The position numbers and the translations under genes were made by a program. The notes beneath the pieces were generated by a model. The model made no database searches. It was not told where the DNA came from and saw only the letters and a list, made by a program, of their open reading frames with translations. This document shows, piece after piece, positions 20,377 to 29,785 of a stretch of DNA of 64,000 nt; within the stretch, counting starts at the first letter, position 1, and each line of letters starts with the position of its first letter. The stretch is from positions 64,001-128,000 of the forward strand of contig OZ243974.1 in assembly GCA_965214775.1 (NCBI GenBank). Direction: 5' to 3'. This DNA comes from Nitrosopumilus sp. (GTDB lineage Archaea > Thermoproteota > Nitrososphaeria > Nitrososphaerales > Nitrosopumilaceae).

Positions 20377-20641
20377 AATGGGTTGCGTGCTAATGAAGAA
20401 TAGTTTGCCAGAGCTCGTTTATCAGAATGGCAATCAATGATTATGTCATGTTCGGCAGCAGGGGGTTTTTCAGGAGCGATCTTGCATGTTAAATTTGCGC
20501 AAAATTCCCGTTTTTGCAAGGCATGACGGCAAACAGATGTTTTAATGTCATCGCCCAAAAACAGTGTTGGTTCCACGCCGTCTTTTTGCCCTCTTTTGCC
20601 ATTATTTGCAACACCTGCAAAACAGACATCAGAATCCAAAT

Positions 20642-21955
20642 CTAAGACTTCTTCTTCTTTCTAAAGATTTCATCGCTTTCTTGAAGGTCGTCTGTGTACT
20701 CGTCCATGTCAAGCATGAACTCTTCCTCCTCGGAGTACGCCGACTCGGCATGCTCGCTGATATCCAATCCCATATCCTCGACTTCCGGCGAGACCCTGAT
20801 TCCGATCAGGTGTTTGATCACCTGCATCAGAATCCACGTTCCCCCAAACCCAATTGCGGCAGCCACACCGACGCCGACGGCCTGGATCCACAGCTGGTCA
20901 GGATTGCCAAACAAAAGGCCGTCAACGCCATCAGAATTAATCATGGTGCTTGCAAATATGCCGATTGCAAGAGAGCCTACAATTCCGGCAACGCCGTGGA
21001 CGGAGCTGACATCAAGTGCATCATCAATCCTTAGCTTCTCTTTGAACAATACAACACCAGAGTATGAGATTACGCCTATTGCAATTCCGATAACAAATGC
21101 GTGTTCGGCACTGACAAACCCAGATGCGGGGGTAATTCCGGCAAGTCCGGCAATTGCGCCGTTGATTGTTGCAACAACAGACGGCTTTCCGGTCCTTATC
21201 CACGAGAGTCCCGCCCAGATCAGGGCAGAGACAGACGAGGCCATATGAGTGACAATTACGGTGTTGCCTGCAACGCCGCCGGATGCTGCCAAGGCACTTC
21301 CGGCGTTAAAGCCAAACCAGCCCAGCCAGAGCAGGGAAGAGCCAAGCACTGCAAGCGGTATGCTGTGAGGAATCATTATGGCAGGGCCATAGTTTCTTCT
21401 TCTGCCCAATACAAGTGCGGCTGCCAACGCGGACATGCCGACGCTGGTGTGAATGACTATGCCGCCGGCAAAGTCCACCACTCCCATTTGGGCCAACCAG
21501 CCACCGCCCCATACCCAGTGTACGAGCGGATAGTAGATCAGGATGGACCATGCAGATATGAATATGATAAAGGAGCTGAACTTCATCCTTTCGGCAATGG
21601 TTCCTGTGAGAAGCAGCGGAGTAATGCACGCAAACATCAACTGGAATTTTACAAACAACACCCCGGGAATTGTCGGGGCAAAGTCCAGGGAATCATCAGA
21701 GGGAACGCCCTTGAGAAATGTCCATCGCATGTCTCCAACCAAGCCGTGTTCTGAAGGGCTAAACGACAGGCTAAATCCAAAGACAAACCACATCACGCTA
21801 AGCAATGCCAGGCCAAAGAAGATCTGCATGAAGATTGATGCGGCGTTCTTTTTTCGCAAAAGTCCTGATTCAAAGAGGCCCAATGCAGGGATCATTAGCA
21901 GCACAAGGCTTCCGGCAACCAGCATCCATGCTGTATCCCCGGAATCAAGAACCAT
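20642..21955 (-). CDS. amtB: Ammonium transporter
   Basis: DSGDTAWML, DFAGGIVIH, LWLGWFGFNAGS, DDALDVSSVHGVAG. Start set at MVLDSG. Confidence 0.95.
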   Translation of the reverse strand: MVLDSGDTAWMLVAGSLVLLMIPALGLFESGLLRKKNAASIFMQIFFGLALLSVMWFVFGFSLSFSPSEHGLVGDMRWTFLKGVPSDDSLDFAPTIPGVLFVKFQLMFACITPLLLTGTIAERMKFSSFIIFISAWSILIYYPLVHWVWGGGWLAQMGVVDFAGGIVIHTSVGMSALAAALVLGRRRNYGPAIMIPHSIPLAVLGSSLLWLGWFGFNAGSALAASGGVAGNTVIVTHMASSVSALIWAGLSWIRTGKPSVVATINGAIAGLAGITPASGFVSAEHAFVIGIAIGVISYSGVVLFKEKLRIDDALDVSSVHGVAGIVGSLAIGIFASTMINSDGVDGLLFGNPDQLWIQAVGVGVAAAIGFGGTWILMQVIKHLIGIRVSPEVEDMGLDISEHAESAYSEEEEFMLDMDEYTDDLQESDEIFRKKKKS

Positions 21956-22072
21956 TGAAAAAAACAGATCATCCCAAATTAATAATGGTGACTGAATTTG
22001 ATTAGCAAATGACCACCATTTGAACATCAAAATCAGAAATTATATTTGTAAAGGGGATACAGTGAAAATCAA

Positions 22073-22402
22073 ATGTTAAAGTTCGAAGTAATTCTTGGCA
22101 ACAACGATGTCATGTCAATTAGCGAGGCATTAAAGAATATAGGAATAGGCGGCCTCACAGTATCAAAAGTAAGAGGAAGGGGCAGAAATCCAGGTCCGGA
22201 GATTCACGCCTCAAAAGGCAGTGAGATTTTTGTCCCTCAATTCAGCGACAAATACAAGATGGAGGCAATTGTTTCTGAAGAAAAAGAGGACAAGGTGATT
22301 TCAATCATAAAGGAAAACGGAAGGGTGGGGAAGATCTTTGTTTCACAGATTTTACGTGCAGTAGACATCGCAACAGGACGCGAAGGCGACGAGACAATCT
22401 AA
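22073..22402 (+). CDS. glnB: P-II nitrogen regulator, divergent from amt
   Basis: GLTVSKVRGRG and GKIFVS...AVDIATG. Confidence 0.9.
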   Translation: MLKFEVILGNNDVMSISEALKNIGIGGLTVSKVRGRGRNPGPEIHASKGSEIFVPQFSDKYKMEAIVSEEKEDKVISIIKENGRVGKIFVSQILRAVDIATGREGDETI

Positions 22403-22562
22403 GGAAGAGGAATGGGAGGCATCACATCACCATCATCATGAACCTGCGAAAAAGCAAACTGTTTCACAGAGAAAAGATGCAGCCCATCAGGCCCAGAGAT
22501 TACCCAAAAATCGCCGCGATTTGCGCAATAACTGTTATACCGCCCGTTCTCCTGCTTTTGTT

Positions 22563-22658
22563 ATGAAAGTTTCCAAAATATCAATTGCCAAATTGATTAT
22601 GGCTGCAGTCGGCCTGACATTGGTTGGAGTGTGGTTGTTTTCAGATTATCTTTTCTAG
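22563..22658 (+). CDS. Putative 31-aa membrane microprotein
   Basis: MKVSKISIAKLIMAAVGLTLVGVWLFSDYLF*; single hydrophobic segment; below the ORF-track cutoff. Confidence 0.45.
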   Translation: MKVSKISIAKLIMAAVGLTLVGVWLFSDYLF

Positions 22659-22762
22659 AGATTAGAGGTACGAGGTCACCTACCATCATCAGTTAGGCAT
22701 GAATTAGCATGAATGATTGTGATCCTTGTGCCTAGCTAGCAAGGGGACGTGACCACATACGA

Positions 22763-23353
22763 TTAGAGATATTCGCCAAAGTTGTTTTCATAAACGACTG
22801 TGGGACTCTTCAGCTGCTTTTCCAAAGTCGGAATTGATTTCATTATGCAGTAATTTACAAAATCACTAAACGACTTTATCCTGTAGTCACTTTTCAGGAT
22901 CTCTTTGTTTTTTTCATAAATTACCTGCAGTTTGTGCAGTGTGAATTTTTGCAGCGGAACAAATCTGCTTCTTTTTGGCAACGGTTTTGAATCAAGTTTT
23001 TCCTCAGAATCAATCTCAAGATCTTGATCTACATCAAGAGTTCCCATATCGACTACCTCTTCCACTTCAGAGACAAAGATTTTGCCACCGTGTGCAAAAG
23101 TCAGTCCCGAATTTTCAGAGACCGTCTTCACTACCTGTCTTGCATCTTTGTCAGGAACCACCATCTCAATTTTTGCAAGTGGAATGAATTTGATGCCTGT
23201 CGAGCCTGTCTTTGAGCCTTTTAATCCCTCATAGATATGGCCATCATCAAGATTTCGCTTGTCAATGATGTAAGTGCCAACCTTGTTTAGTTTCATTTTA
23301 ATGGCAGGAAAATTTTTTCGTTTGATGACTGCCTCTATCTTCTTCACAAGCAT
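22763..23353 (-). CDS. P-II-like protein with C-terminal extension
   Basis: KKIEAVIK, KIEMVVPD and HGGKIFVSEVEEVVD, followed by ~90 additional residues. Confidence 0.8.
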   Translation of the reverse strand: MLVKKIEAVIKRKNFPAIKMKLNKVGTYIIDKRNLDDGHIYEGLKGSKTGSTGIKFIPLAKIEMVVPDKDARQVVKTVSENSGLTFAHGGKIFVSEVEEVVDMGTLDVDQDLEIDSEEKLDSKPLPKRSRFVPLQKFTLHKLQVIYEKNKEILKSDYRIKSFSDFVNYCIMKSIPTLEKQLKSPTVVYENNFGEYL

Positions 23354-23390
23354 TTTCCAAGGAACGTCTTATTTATGCCGTGGTTTTGTC

Positions 23391-23519
23391 GGGGTTGTCG
23401 CCTAATTCCACTTGTTTGGCTCAATCTGCACGTTTTTCTGAATTTCCGCCATTTTTCACGCCTGATCCACTGACATCTCAGCGGTTTTCAGGAATTCTAA
23501 TGAATTAGGCGACAACCCC
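23391..23519. mobile_element. MITE family B
   Basis: Perfect TIR GGGGTTGTCGCCTAATTC; 9-bp TSD GGTTTTGTC/GATTTTGTC. Confidence 0.88.
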
Positions 23520-23662
23520 GATTTTGTCATCAAAACCAGGAGGACATCTGGCAGTACTTTACAAAGGCTGCAGGCGCAAGCAGGTGTAAAAAAACCACCC
23601 AAAGGGATCAACAAAGCTCAAGTTAAAGATTAATAAGGTAAAGTACCGTACCATACGGTATC

Positions 23663-24010
23663 ATGATACGAGCAAGACTGACATATGTGCCGCTTGAAGT
23701 GGCCGAGCAATTCGAAGATTTCATAATAAAAAGAGACGAGCAGGTTCTAGATGCAGTAAAAGCAAGGACAAAAGACTATAGCACCTTGTCATTGTTGAAA
23801 CTGTTGTATCAGCTCAAAGGAAATCCAATGACGTTTTCAGAACTGTATTCAAAATCAAAGATCAGGATGAAGAAGTCATTTCTAAACTATCTTCATTTGT
23901 GTGTAAATTACAACTTTGTGCAAAAAGAAGCAGTTGGACCCAATATGATCTATTCGATTACAGACAAGGGACGTACTATGCTGAGTCTCTTTATGCAGAA
24001 GAACAGCTGA
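23663..24010 (+). CDS. Winged helix-turn-helix protein
   Basis: MTFSELYSKS...YSITDKGR wHTH signature. Confidence 0.75.
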   Translation: MIRARLTYVPLEVAEQFEDFIIKRDEQVLDAVKARTKDYSTLSLLKLLYQLKGNPMTFSELYSKSKIRMKKSFLNYLHLCVNYNFVQKEAVGPNMIYSITDKGRTMLSLFMQKNS

Positions 24011-24187
24011 CAAAAAGGGTACAAAACATCTACAGCCAAGTGAAAAGTAAATGAGGTCTGTTGTTTTGCCCTGATATTCAGGCATCGTACCTTCTGCCCA
24101 TCTTCTGTTTTTGCTAGATTTTTTAGTACTTTTCACTTAGCTGATCTAGTGAATATAGTAATTAAAGAGAGCAGGCTCACGATAAAC

Positions 24188-24913
24188 GTGCAGCAAGAAT
24201 TTCCAGATGCCGAGGTATTTGAGACAAAGAAGGCAGAACTGAAGAATCCGATAATTTTTGCAGGGTTTGTAGGGGCAGGCCTAGTGGGCCCTGTTGCAAT
24301 AAACCACATCATAGAGAAGCTAGGAATGGAGGAAATTGGCGTAATGAGATCAAAGTATCTGCCGCCATCAACTGTATTTATGAGAGGCAGGCTTCGTCAT
24401 CCGTTTAGATTCTATGCAAATCAAGAGGGAACTGTTTGTGCAATAATATGCGAAATTACGTTAAGAATGGAAGGACTGTATTTGCTGGTATCTGCAATTT
24501 TAGATTGGGCAGAAGAAAAGGGCTCAAAGGAAATTGTCATTTTGGACGGAGTTGCAAGTGACGAACACGATGACAAAGCATACTGTGCAGCAGAAGAAGA
24601 TCTGGTAAGAACGATGGCAGACAAAGACATAAGCATGATTCCGCAAGGATTCATCACTGGAATTCCCGGCGGCATACTAAATGAGTGCCTAGTAAGAAAA
24701 ATCCAGGGCATGACACTGCTGGCAAAGGCAAGCAAAGTGGCCCCGGATTCAGGCGCGGCTGCCACCCTAATTGAGGCCCTAAACCGCTTCTATGAGACAG
24801 ATATTGACATCACGGAACTCCAAGAAGAAAAAGACAGAATTCATTCAGAATTCAGCGAGCTGTCTCAAAAGTACATGGAACACAGAGAAGAGATAGATGA
24901 CATGTACATGTGA
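24188..24913 (+). CDS. Proteasome assembly chaperone (PAC2) family protein
   Basis: IFAGFVGAGLVG and GFITGIPGGILNEC...PDSGAAA. Confidence 0.85.
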   Translation: MQQEFPDAEVFETKKAELKNPIIFAGFVGAGLVGPVAINHIIEKLGMEEIGVMRSKYLPPSTVFMRGRLRHPFRFYANQEGTVCAIICEITLRMEGLYLLVSAILDWAEEKGSKEIVILDGVASDEHDDKAYCAAEEDLVRTMADKDISMIPQGFITGIPGGILNECLVRKIQGMTLLAKASKVAPDSGAAATLIEALNRFYETDIDITELQEEKDRIHSEFSELSQKYMEHREEIDDMYM

Positions 24914-24974
24914 TTGAACAGACACGCAGGCGAGCATCCAAATTCTTTTATTCAAAGCAAATACGCATCAAACT

Positions 24975-25997
24975 ATGGCCCTGACATACAAAAAAGCAGG
25001 AGTGGATATTTCAAAGATCAAGCAGAGTCAGCTGGCAATCGGAAAACTGATTACATCAACTCACAAAATTCAGAAAAAAGCAAAGATTGCACATGGTTTT
25101 GGACATTATGCCGGAATAGTAGAGATTCCAGGAGGAAAACTTTTGGCAACACATGCAGACGGAGTTGGAACCAAAGTAGTAATTGCAAACATGATGAAAA
25201 AATACAGTACGATAGGAATTGACTGTGTCGCAATGAATGTAAACGACATTATTTGTATCGGGGCAACGCCAATATCATTTGTAGATTATATTGCAGCAAA
25301 CAAAAACGATCAACGGATTTTCAAAAGAATTGTAGGGGGGCTGGTGGCAGGCGCAAAAAAATCAGCAGTGCCGATTGTGGGAGGAGAGACTGCAATAATG
25401 CCCGATGTGATTGAGGGAAAGGGATTTGCATTTGACTTGGCAGGAATGGTTGTAGGGCTAGTTGAAAAGAAAAAGATTGTGCTAGGAGATAAGATCAGGC
25501 CAGGAGACGTAATCATCGGTGCAGAAAGTACAGGAATGCATTCAAACGGGTATTCATTGGCAAGAAAGGCAATACTTGGAAGATATTCTCTCAAGGACAA
25601 AGCAAAGGGAGTAGGCAGGATTGGAGATGCGTTGCTAAAGCCAACCCAAATCTACACAAGTCCAGTTTTAGAAATAACTGACAAATGCAAAGTAAATGGT
25701 TTGGCACACATTACAGGCGGGGCATTTACCAAACTTTTACGCCTAAAAAAGACGGGATACGAGATAGACTCACTGCCAAAAATCCCGCCAATAATGGGCC
25801 TTGTAGAAGAGCAGGGGGTAAAGCCAGAAGAGATGTACAAGACATTTAACATGGGCATAGGATTCTGTGTTGTGGCACCAAAAGATCAAGCGGTACGCAT
25901 CAAGACAATTTTCAAAAGACACAAGATAGCAAGCCAGGAGATAGGGCAGATCATATCCAAAAAGGGCGTTTTTGTAAACTCTGCAAAGATAGCCTGA
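24975..25997 (+). CDS. purM: Phosphoribosylformylglycinamidine cyclo-ligase
   Basis: TYKKAGVD, DGVGTK, GGETAIMP, HSNGYSL, AHITGG, FNMGIG. Confidence 0.95.
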   Translation: MALTYKKAGVDISKIKQSQLAIGKLITSTHKIQKKAKIAHGFGHYAGIVEIPGGKLLATHADGVGTKVVIANMMKKYSTIGIDCVAMNVNDIICIGATPISFVDYIAANKNDQRIFKRIVGGLVAGAKKSAVPIVGGETAIMPDVIEGKGFAFDLAGMVVGLVEKKKIVLGDKIRPGDVIIGAESTGMHSNGYSLARKAILGRYSLKDKAKGVGRIGDALLKPTQIYTSPVLEITDKCKVNGLAHITGGAFTKLLRLKKTGYEIDSLPKIPPIMGLVEEQGVKPEEMYKTFNMGIGFCVVAPKDQAVRIKTIFKRHKIASQEIGQIISKKGVFVNSAKIA

Positions 25998-26079
25998 CGG
26001 CATTAAAGAAGAGATCACACTATGAGCAAAAACAGTTTGCCAGTCAAGCTTGGAATGACAGCAACGTTGTCATAATGTG

Positions 26080-26211
26080 GGGGTTGTCTCCTAATTCCCC
26101 GGAATTCCTGAAAGCTGTTGGGATGCCACATGGATCAGGCGTGCAAGATGACGAAAATTCAGAAAAACATGCAGGTTGAGTCACAGGCAGATGGAATTAG
26201 GAAACAACCCC
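26080..26211. mobile_element. MITE family B
   Basis: GGGGTTGTCTCCTAATTC...GAATTAGGAAACAACCCC; body similar to 42504-42633. Confidence 0.85.
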
Positions 26212-26399
26212 GGTAAGAGTATAAAGCGATGGAATACCTAGTGAATGCGTCTGACTGAACAACGCACACTCGCAGCGTCTCGTGCAGGGAACCAGAATAA
26301 TTTGATATGGGAAGTCACGTCCCTTGCTGGCCAAGCATGGAAATCATAATTGTACATACCAATTCGCGTCTGATTGGTGGGGGGGTGGGCGACCACATA

Positions 26400-26516
26400 C
26401 CTTCAAAGTCTTCAAAGTCTTCAAAGTCTTCAAAATATACAAAACAGGGCCTTCAGGTGCCAAAAGTCTTCAAAGTCTTCAAAGTCTTCAAAATATACAA
26501 AACAGGGCCTTCAGGC
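26400..26516. repeat. Two blocks of 9-bp CTTCAAAGT tandem units, each followed by AAAATATACAAAACAGGGCCTTCAGG
   Basis: Directly visible. Confidence 0.85.
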
Positions 26517-26700
26517 CCGCCCGATACGTGATGTTCAAGACATTTGCGGTGGGATCTGGGTTGGTTTCAGGTTTCCCTCCGGGGGCCTGATGTGCATCTA
26601 TGTGTCGTGTTTATAGGGATTCCACGCGTAACGGTGTTGTGAGGGTAACAGGATGGCCTCTGCCTAGGTTAATTTTTTGCAATCCTTTGATCCACTGGTT

Positions 26701-26814
26701 GGTATGGGGTCGTATCTCTCTCTTGCTGGCCCGGCGTGAAGACCGTGCATACTGATGCAACCATAGATACGGTATGGGGTCGTATCTCTCTCTTGCTGGC
26801 CCGGCGTGAAGACC
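26701..26814. repeat. Perfect 44-bp direct repeat pair with a 26-bp spacer
   Basis: GGTATGGGGTCGTATCTCTCTCTTGCTGGCCCGGCGTGAAGACC at 26701-26744 and 26771-26814. Confidence 0.9.
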
Positions 26815-26997
26815 ACATCTCCGTGCAATTCGTGCCTAACTAGTCAGGGGGAAGCAAACTTGTACACTGATTGCCGCGCAATACCTAAATCAGGCGTAAC
26901 AGATCGATTATTGGAACACAAAAAGGATCAAATATGATAGCGGTACCCAAAAGTTCCAGAAGCTACTTTAGTCTCAAAGGTAATACGATAGCCCCTG

Positions 26998-27134
26998 AGA
27001 GTTGATTCAAAATTAGCAAATTCTAATTATTTGTGAACGGATTTGCATAGAACGGCTCAAAACACCAACAAAATGCAAGTTATCTGTGAAATCACTTGAA
27101 AAATTCATACGTCTTCTAATTTCGGATCACCTCT
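26998..27134. mobile_element. MITE family C
   Basis: AGAGTTGATTCAAAATT...ATTTCGGATCACCTCT; CTG/CAG flanks; similar to 45903-46039. Confidence 0.82.
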
Positions 27135-27143
27135 CAGGTAGGC

Positions 27144-27235
27144 GGAATTACGCGACAACCCCGGTTGCAGGTATGCAAATCATGATCTATTGTATTATAT
27201 TTTTAGATCAGACGGGTTAATTACGCATAAAGTTT
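27144..27235. mobile_element. Family B end fused to the terminal ~72 bp of family A
   Basis: AATTACGCGACAACCCC|GGTTGCAGG...TTACGCATAAAGT; same junction at 48190/48191. Confidence 0.7.
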
Positions 27236-27264
27236 ATTTTGCCGGTGTTTTGAGCTCTTACGTT

Positions 27265-27693
27265 TTATGGATCAGTCTTTTCTATCATGTTGATCGAGTT
27301 TTTGTGTTTATAGTGTAGTACTGGCTCTCCCATATTGTTTACTCGGTCTGTGCCGTACACTTTGATCAGTTTGATTCCTATCACTATGATGAACTTTTTT
27401 GTCTCATAGATGTTGAAGGCCTTCTTAACCAGTTTAAAGGCAAGCTCGTGTGTTTCATCTGCCTTGGTTGTGGAGCCCGTACGCTCTTTTAGGCCAGATC
27501 TGTCAAAGTCCTGAGGTGCTACTACCGCTGCTACAGTTACAGCCGTTACCTTACTTTTCCCTACCTCATTTGCACCGTCCTCATTGACTATGTGGGTAAC
27601 TGTCGGCATCACCTTTATCCTCAGGCCGTTCTCAGTTTCATACTCGCTGTATTCCTGTCTTATGGTGTTGAATTCTACTGGATCGTGCTTCAT
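27265..27693 (-). CDS. Hypothetical protein, 142 aa
   Basis: Open frame with globular-like composition; no motif recognised. Confidence 0.7.
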   Translation of the reverse strand: MKHDPVEFNTIRQEYSEYETENGLRIKVMPTVTHIVNEDGANEVGKSKVTAVTVAAVVAPQDFDRSGLKERTGSTTKADETHELAFKLVKKAFNIYETKKFIIVIGIKLIKVYGTDRVNNMGEPVLHYKHKNSINMIEKTDP

Positions 27694-27896
27694 TTCAACT
27701 TCCTAATGTCGGGCTCTCCGTCTTTCTTGTAGTGAATCAACCATATCTGCTCCCTGCTCCAAAAGTGTGGCTTGTGTGGTATTTTTTTTGGGGTACATAT
27801 CTTAAAATCATCACTTCTGATTTCCGTAATCAGATGTTTTTTCTTGTTAGAGTACTCATAATTTATGTTGATTCTTGCCCCTATGCCTGCCGGCAG
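27690..27896 (-). CDS. Putative small protein without a canonical start (LPAGIGARIN...WLIHYKKDGEPDIRKLK*)
   Basis: Open frame of about 68 codons whose TGA overlaps the next ATG (ATGA). Confidence 0.4.
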   Translation of the reverse strand: MPAGIGARININYEYSNKKKHLITEIRSDDFKICTPKKIPHKPHFWSREQIWLIHYKKDGEPDIRKLK

Positions 27897-27910
27897 ATCA
27901 TCTGATTACA

Positions 27911-28291
27911 CTAGTCCCTCAACTCGTAAAGATTCACACTTCCATCTTTTTTGGAAATCATATAATCCCTGCCCTGATAACTGAACGCGTAGGGCTGGCC
28001 GTCCTGCATCAACTGTTCCCTGACACGTATTGTGTCTCCCCTGACCTGTACAGGGTGGGATCCCTGGTCAGAGTCCTCAAAAAATCCGTCGCATATGAAC
28101 TCCTGCAAAGAGTCTCCGGTAGTCACACCTTCTTCAACAAACGTTGTCGCAGATCCACTAAGCACCTTGGAAATGTATGGCTTTTTTGGTTCTACGGATA
28201 CAAAATTTGGATGTGACATTTCTAGCTCTAATGGCACTGTACTGATTAAAAACTTTATCTTAGACTTTATGGGTAAGAGTTTACCCCTCAT
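27911..28291 (-). CDS. Hypothetical protein; the track start lies within a MITE, so the true start is probably M at 28219
   Basis: Open frame; first codons fall inside the family G MITE. Confidence 0.55.
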   Translation of the reverse strand: MRGKLLPIKSKIKFLISTVPLELEMSHPNFVSVEPKKPYISKVLSGSATTFVEEGVTTGDSLQEFICDGFFEDSDQGSHPVQVRGDTIRVREQLMQDGQPYAFSYQGRDYMISKKDGSVNLYELRD

Positions 28292-28365
28292 CTGAGATAC
28301 GGCGTGGTATAGGCGTGATCATGAAGACTCCGGCCGGTAGGGTCGCTTGAGGGATAAACTCTTGC
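28273..28365. mobile_element. MITE family G
   Basis: TIR GTAAGAGTTTACCCCTCA / TGAGGGATAAACTCTTGC; homologous to 45110-45200. Confidence 0.8.
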
Positions 28366-28442
28366 GACTTTATGCGTATTTGTCAAAAATGACGTAAAAA
28401 CTGCCTGATTTTTTTGATCTGTACCGATTACGCATAAGGTCT
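28366..28442. mobile_element. MITE family A
   Basis: GACTTTATGCGTA...GATTACGCATAAGGTCT. Confidence 0.82.
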
Positions 28443-28483
28443 ATCACCTTATATGACATATTTTAACAGCCATAGTAGGCAAA

Positions 28484-29737
28484 ATGGCAGCAGAGGCGCA
28501 TTTCATTGAGACAATTATCGGGGTAGGAATCCTGTTGTTTGCCGCCAAACTGATGGCAGAACTCTTCCTCAGACTGAAGCTTCCAATCGTTTTGGGCGAA
28601 TTGTTAGCAGGTATGATTGTAGGGCCATTTGCACTTGGACAGTTCTTTGTAATTGACGGAAGACACTTGTTACAAATCAACGACGAAATAAGAATTCTAG
28701 GAGAGATGGGGGCAATTGTAATTTTGTTTATGGCAGGATTGGAAATGACTCCAAAAGAATTTCTCAAGGGAGGAAAGGCATCATTTACAGTCGGAACCCT
28801 AGGAGTGGTGATTCCGTTTTTTGCAGGACTTGGTGTGTTTGGCATATTTGGATTTGAGGCATTAGAATCAATGTTAATTGCTACAGCGCTGACGGCTACA
28901 AGTATAGCGATTTCAATTCAAGTGTTAAACGAATTTGGAAAAATCAAGACACCTGAGGCCAGATTGATTATCGGGGCAGCAGTGGTAGACGACATTTTAG
29001 CAATTGCAGTATTATCAGTTGTAATTTCAATTACAGGCTCAGATGCAGGAATTGAAAGTATTGAAATCACAGATGTCACGATTACAATTCTCCAAGTTCT
29101 CGGATTCTTTGCAGTCATGCTGATTGTTGCAGTCATAGTCATACCCAGAGTCATCACCACACGTTTGTGGAAGGCAAAAGGCAGTGTAGAGGGAATTGCA
29201 ACTGCGGCGTTCTTTGGGGCAGCCGCACTAGCAGGATCAATTGGACTATCGCCGATTGTCGGTGCATTTGCAGTTGGAATGGCACTGTCAACTACCAAAG
29301 TCTTTGAGAAGGTAGAGAATTTCATAGAAAAGATCGGTCTGATATTTGCGCCGTTATTCTTTGCAATAATTGGGGCACAGGTAGATCTTAGGGCAGTAGA
29401 CATTAACATTCTGATGTTAAGCGGGGCAGTGATTGCAGTAGCTGTTGCAACCAAACTCTTTGGATGCGGATTGCCAGCAATGCTGTTCTTGAAAAACAAG
29501 GCTCAAGGACTGAGAGTGGGAATCGGAATGATTTCCAGAGGAGAGGTAGGGTTGATTGTAGCAGGGGTAGGAGTTACAGCAGGGGTTCTGACCTCCGAGG
29601 TATATTCTACAATTGTCATCATGGTGGCAGTGACTACCATTATCACGCCAATATGGCTGAAGATGGAATACAGAAAAGAACAGCAGAGAGAAGGAGGCAA
29701 TGCGCCAAGTGAAGAAATACAGCAAAAACCAGAATAG
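28484..29737 (+). CDS. Cation:proton antiporter (CPA2/NapA-like)
   Basis: LFMAGLE, TATSIAI, AAVVDDILA, GMISRGEVGL. Confidence 0.92.
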   Translation: MAAEAHFIETIIGVGILLFAAKLMAELFLRLKLPIVLGELLAGMIVGPFALGQFFVIDGRHLLQINDEIRILGEMGAIVILFMAGLEMTPKEFLKGGKASFTVGTLGVVIPFFAGLGVFGIFGFEALESMLIATALTATSIAISIQVLNEFGKIKTPEARLIIGAAVVDDILAIAVLSVVISITGSDAGIESIEITDVTITILQVLGFFAVMLIVAVIVIPRVITTRLWKAKGSVEGIATAAFFGAAALAGSIGLSPIVGAFAVGMALSTTKVFEKVENFIEKIGLIFAPLFFAIIGAQVDLRAVDINILMLSGAVIAVAVATKLFGCGLPAMLFLKNKAQGLRVGIGMISRGEVGLIVAGVGVTAGVLTSEVYSTIVIMVAVTTIITPIWLKMEYRKEQQREGGNAPSEEIQQKPE

Positions 29738-29785
29738 TCCATCATAAAGTCTTAAATTGATCAGAGACGGTCATCAAATTGTTAC

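Noticed and set aside
26701-26814. CRISPR array call (also considered for 42658-42768)
   Set aside because: Only two repeats each, no cas genes or evident leader; kept as repeats and findings only.
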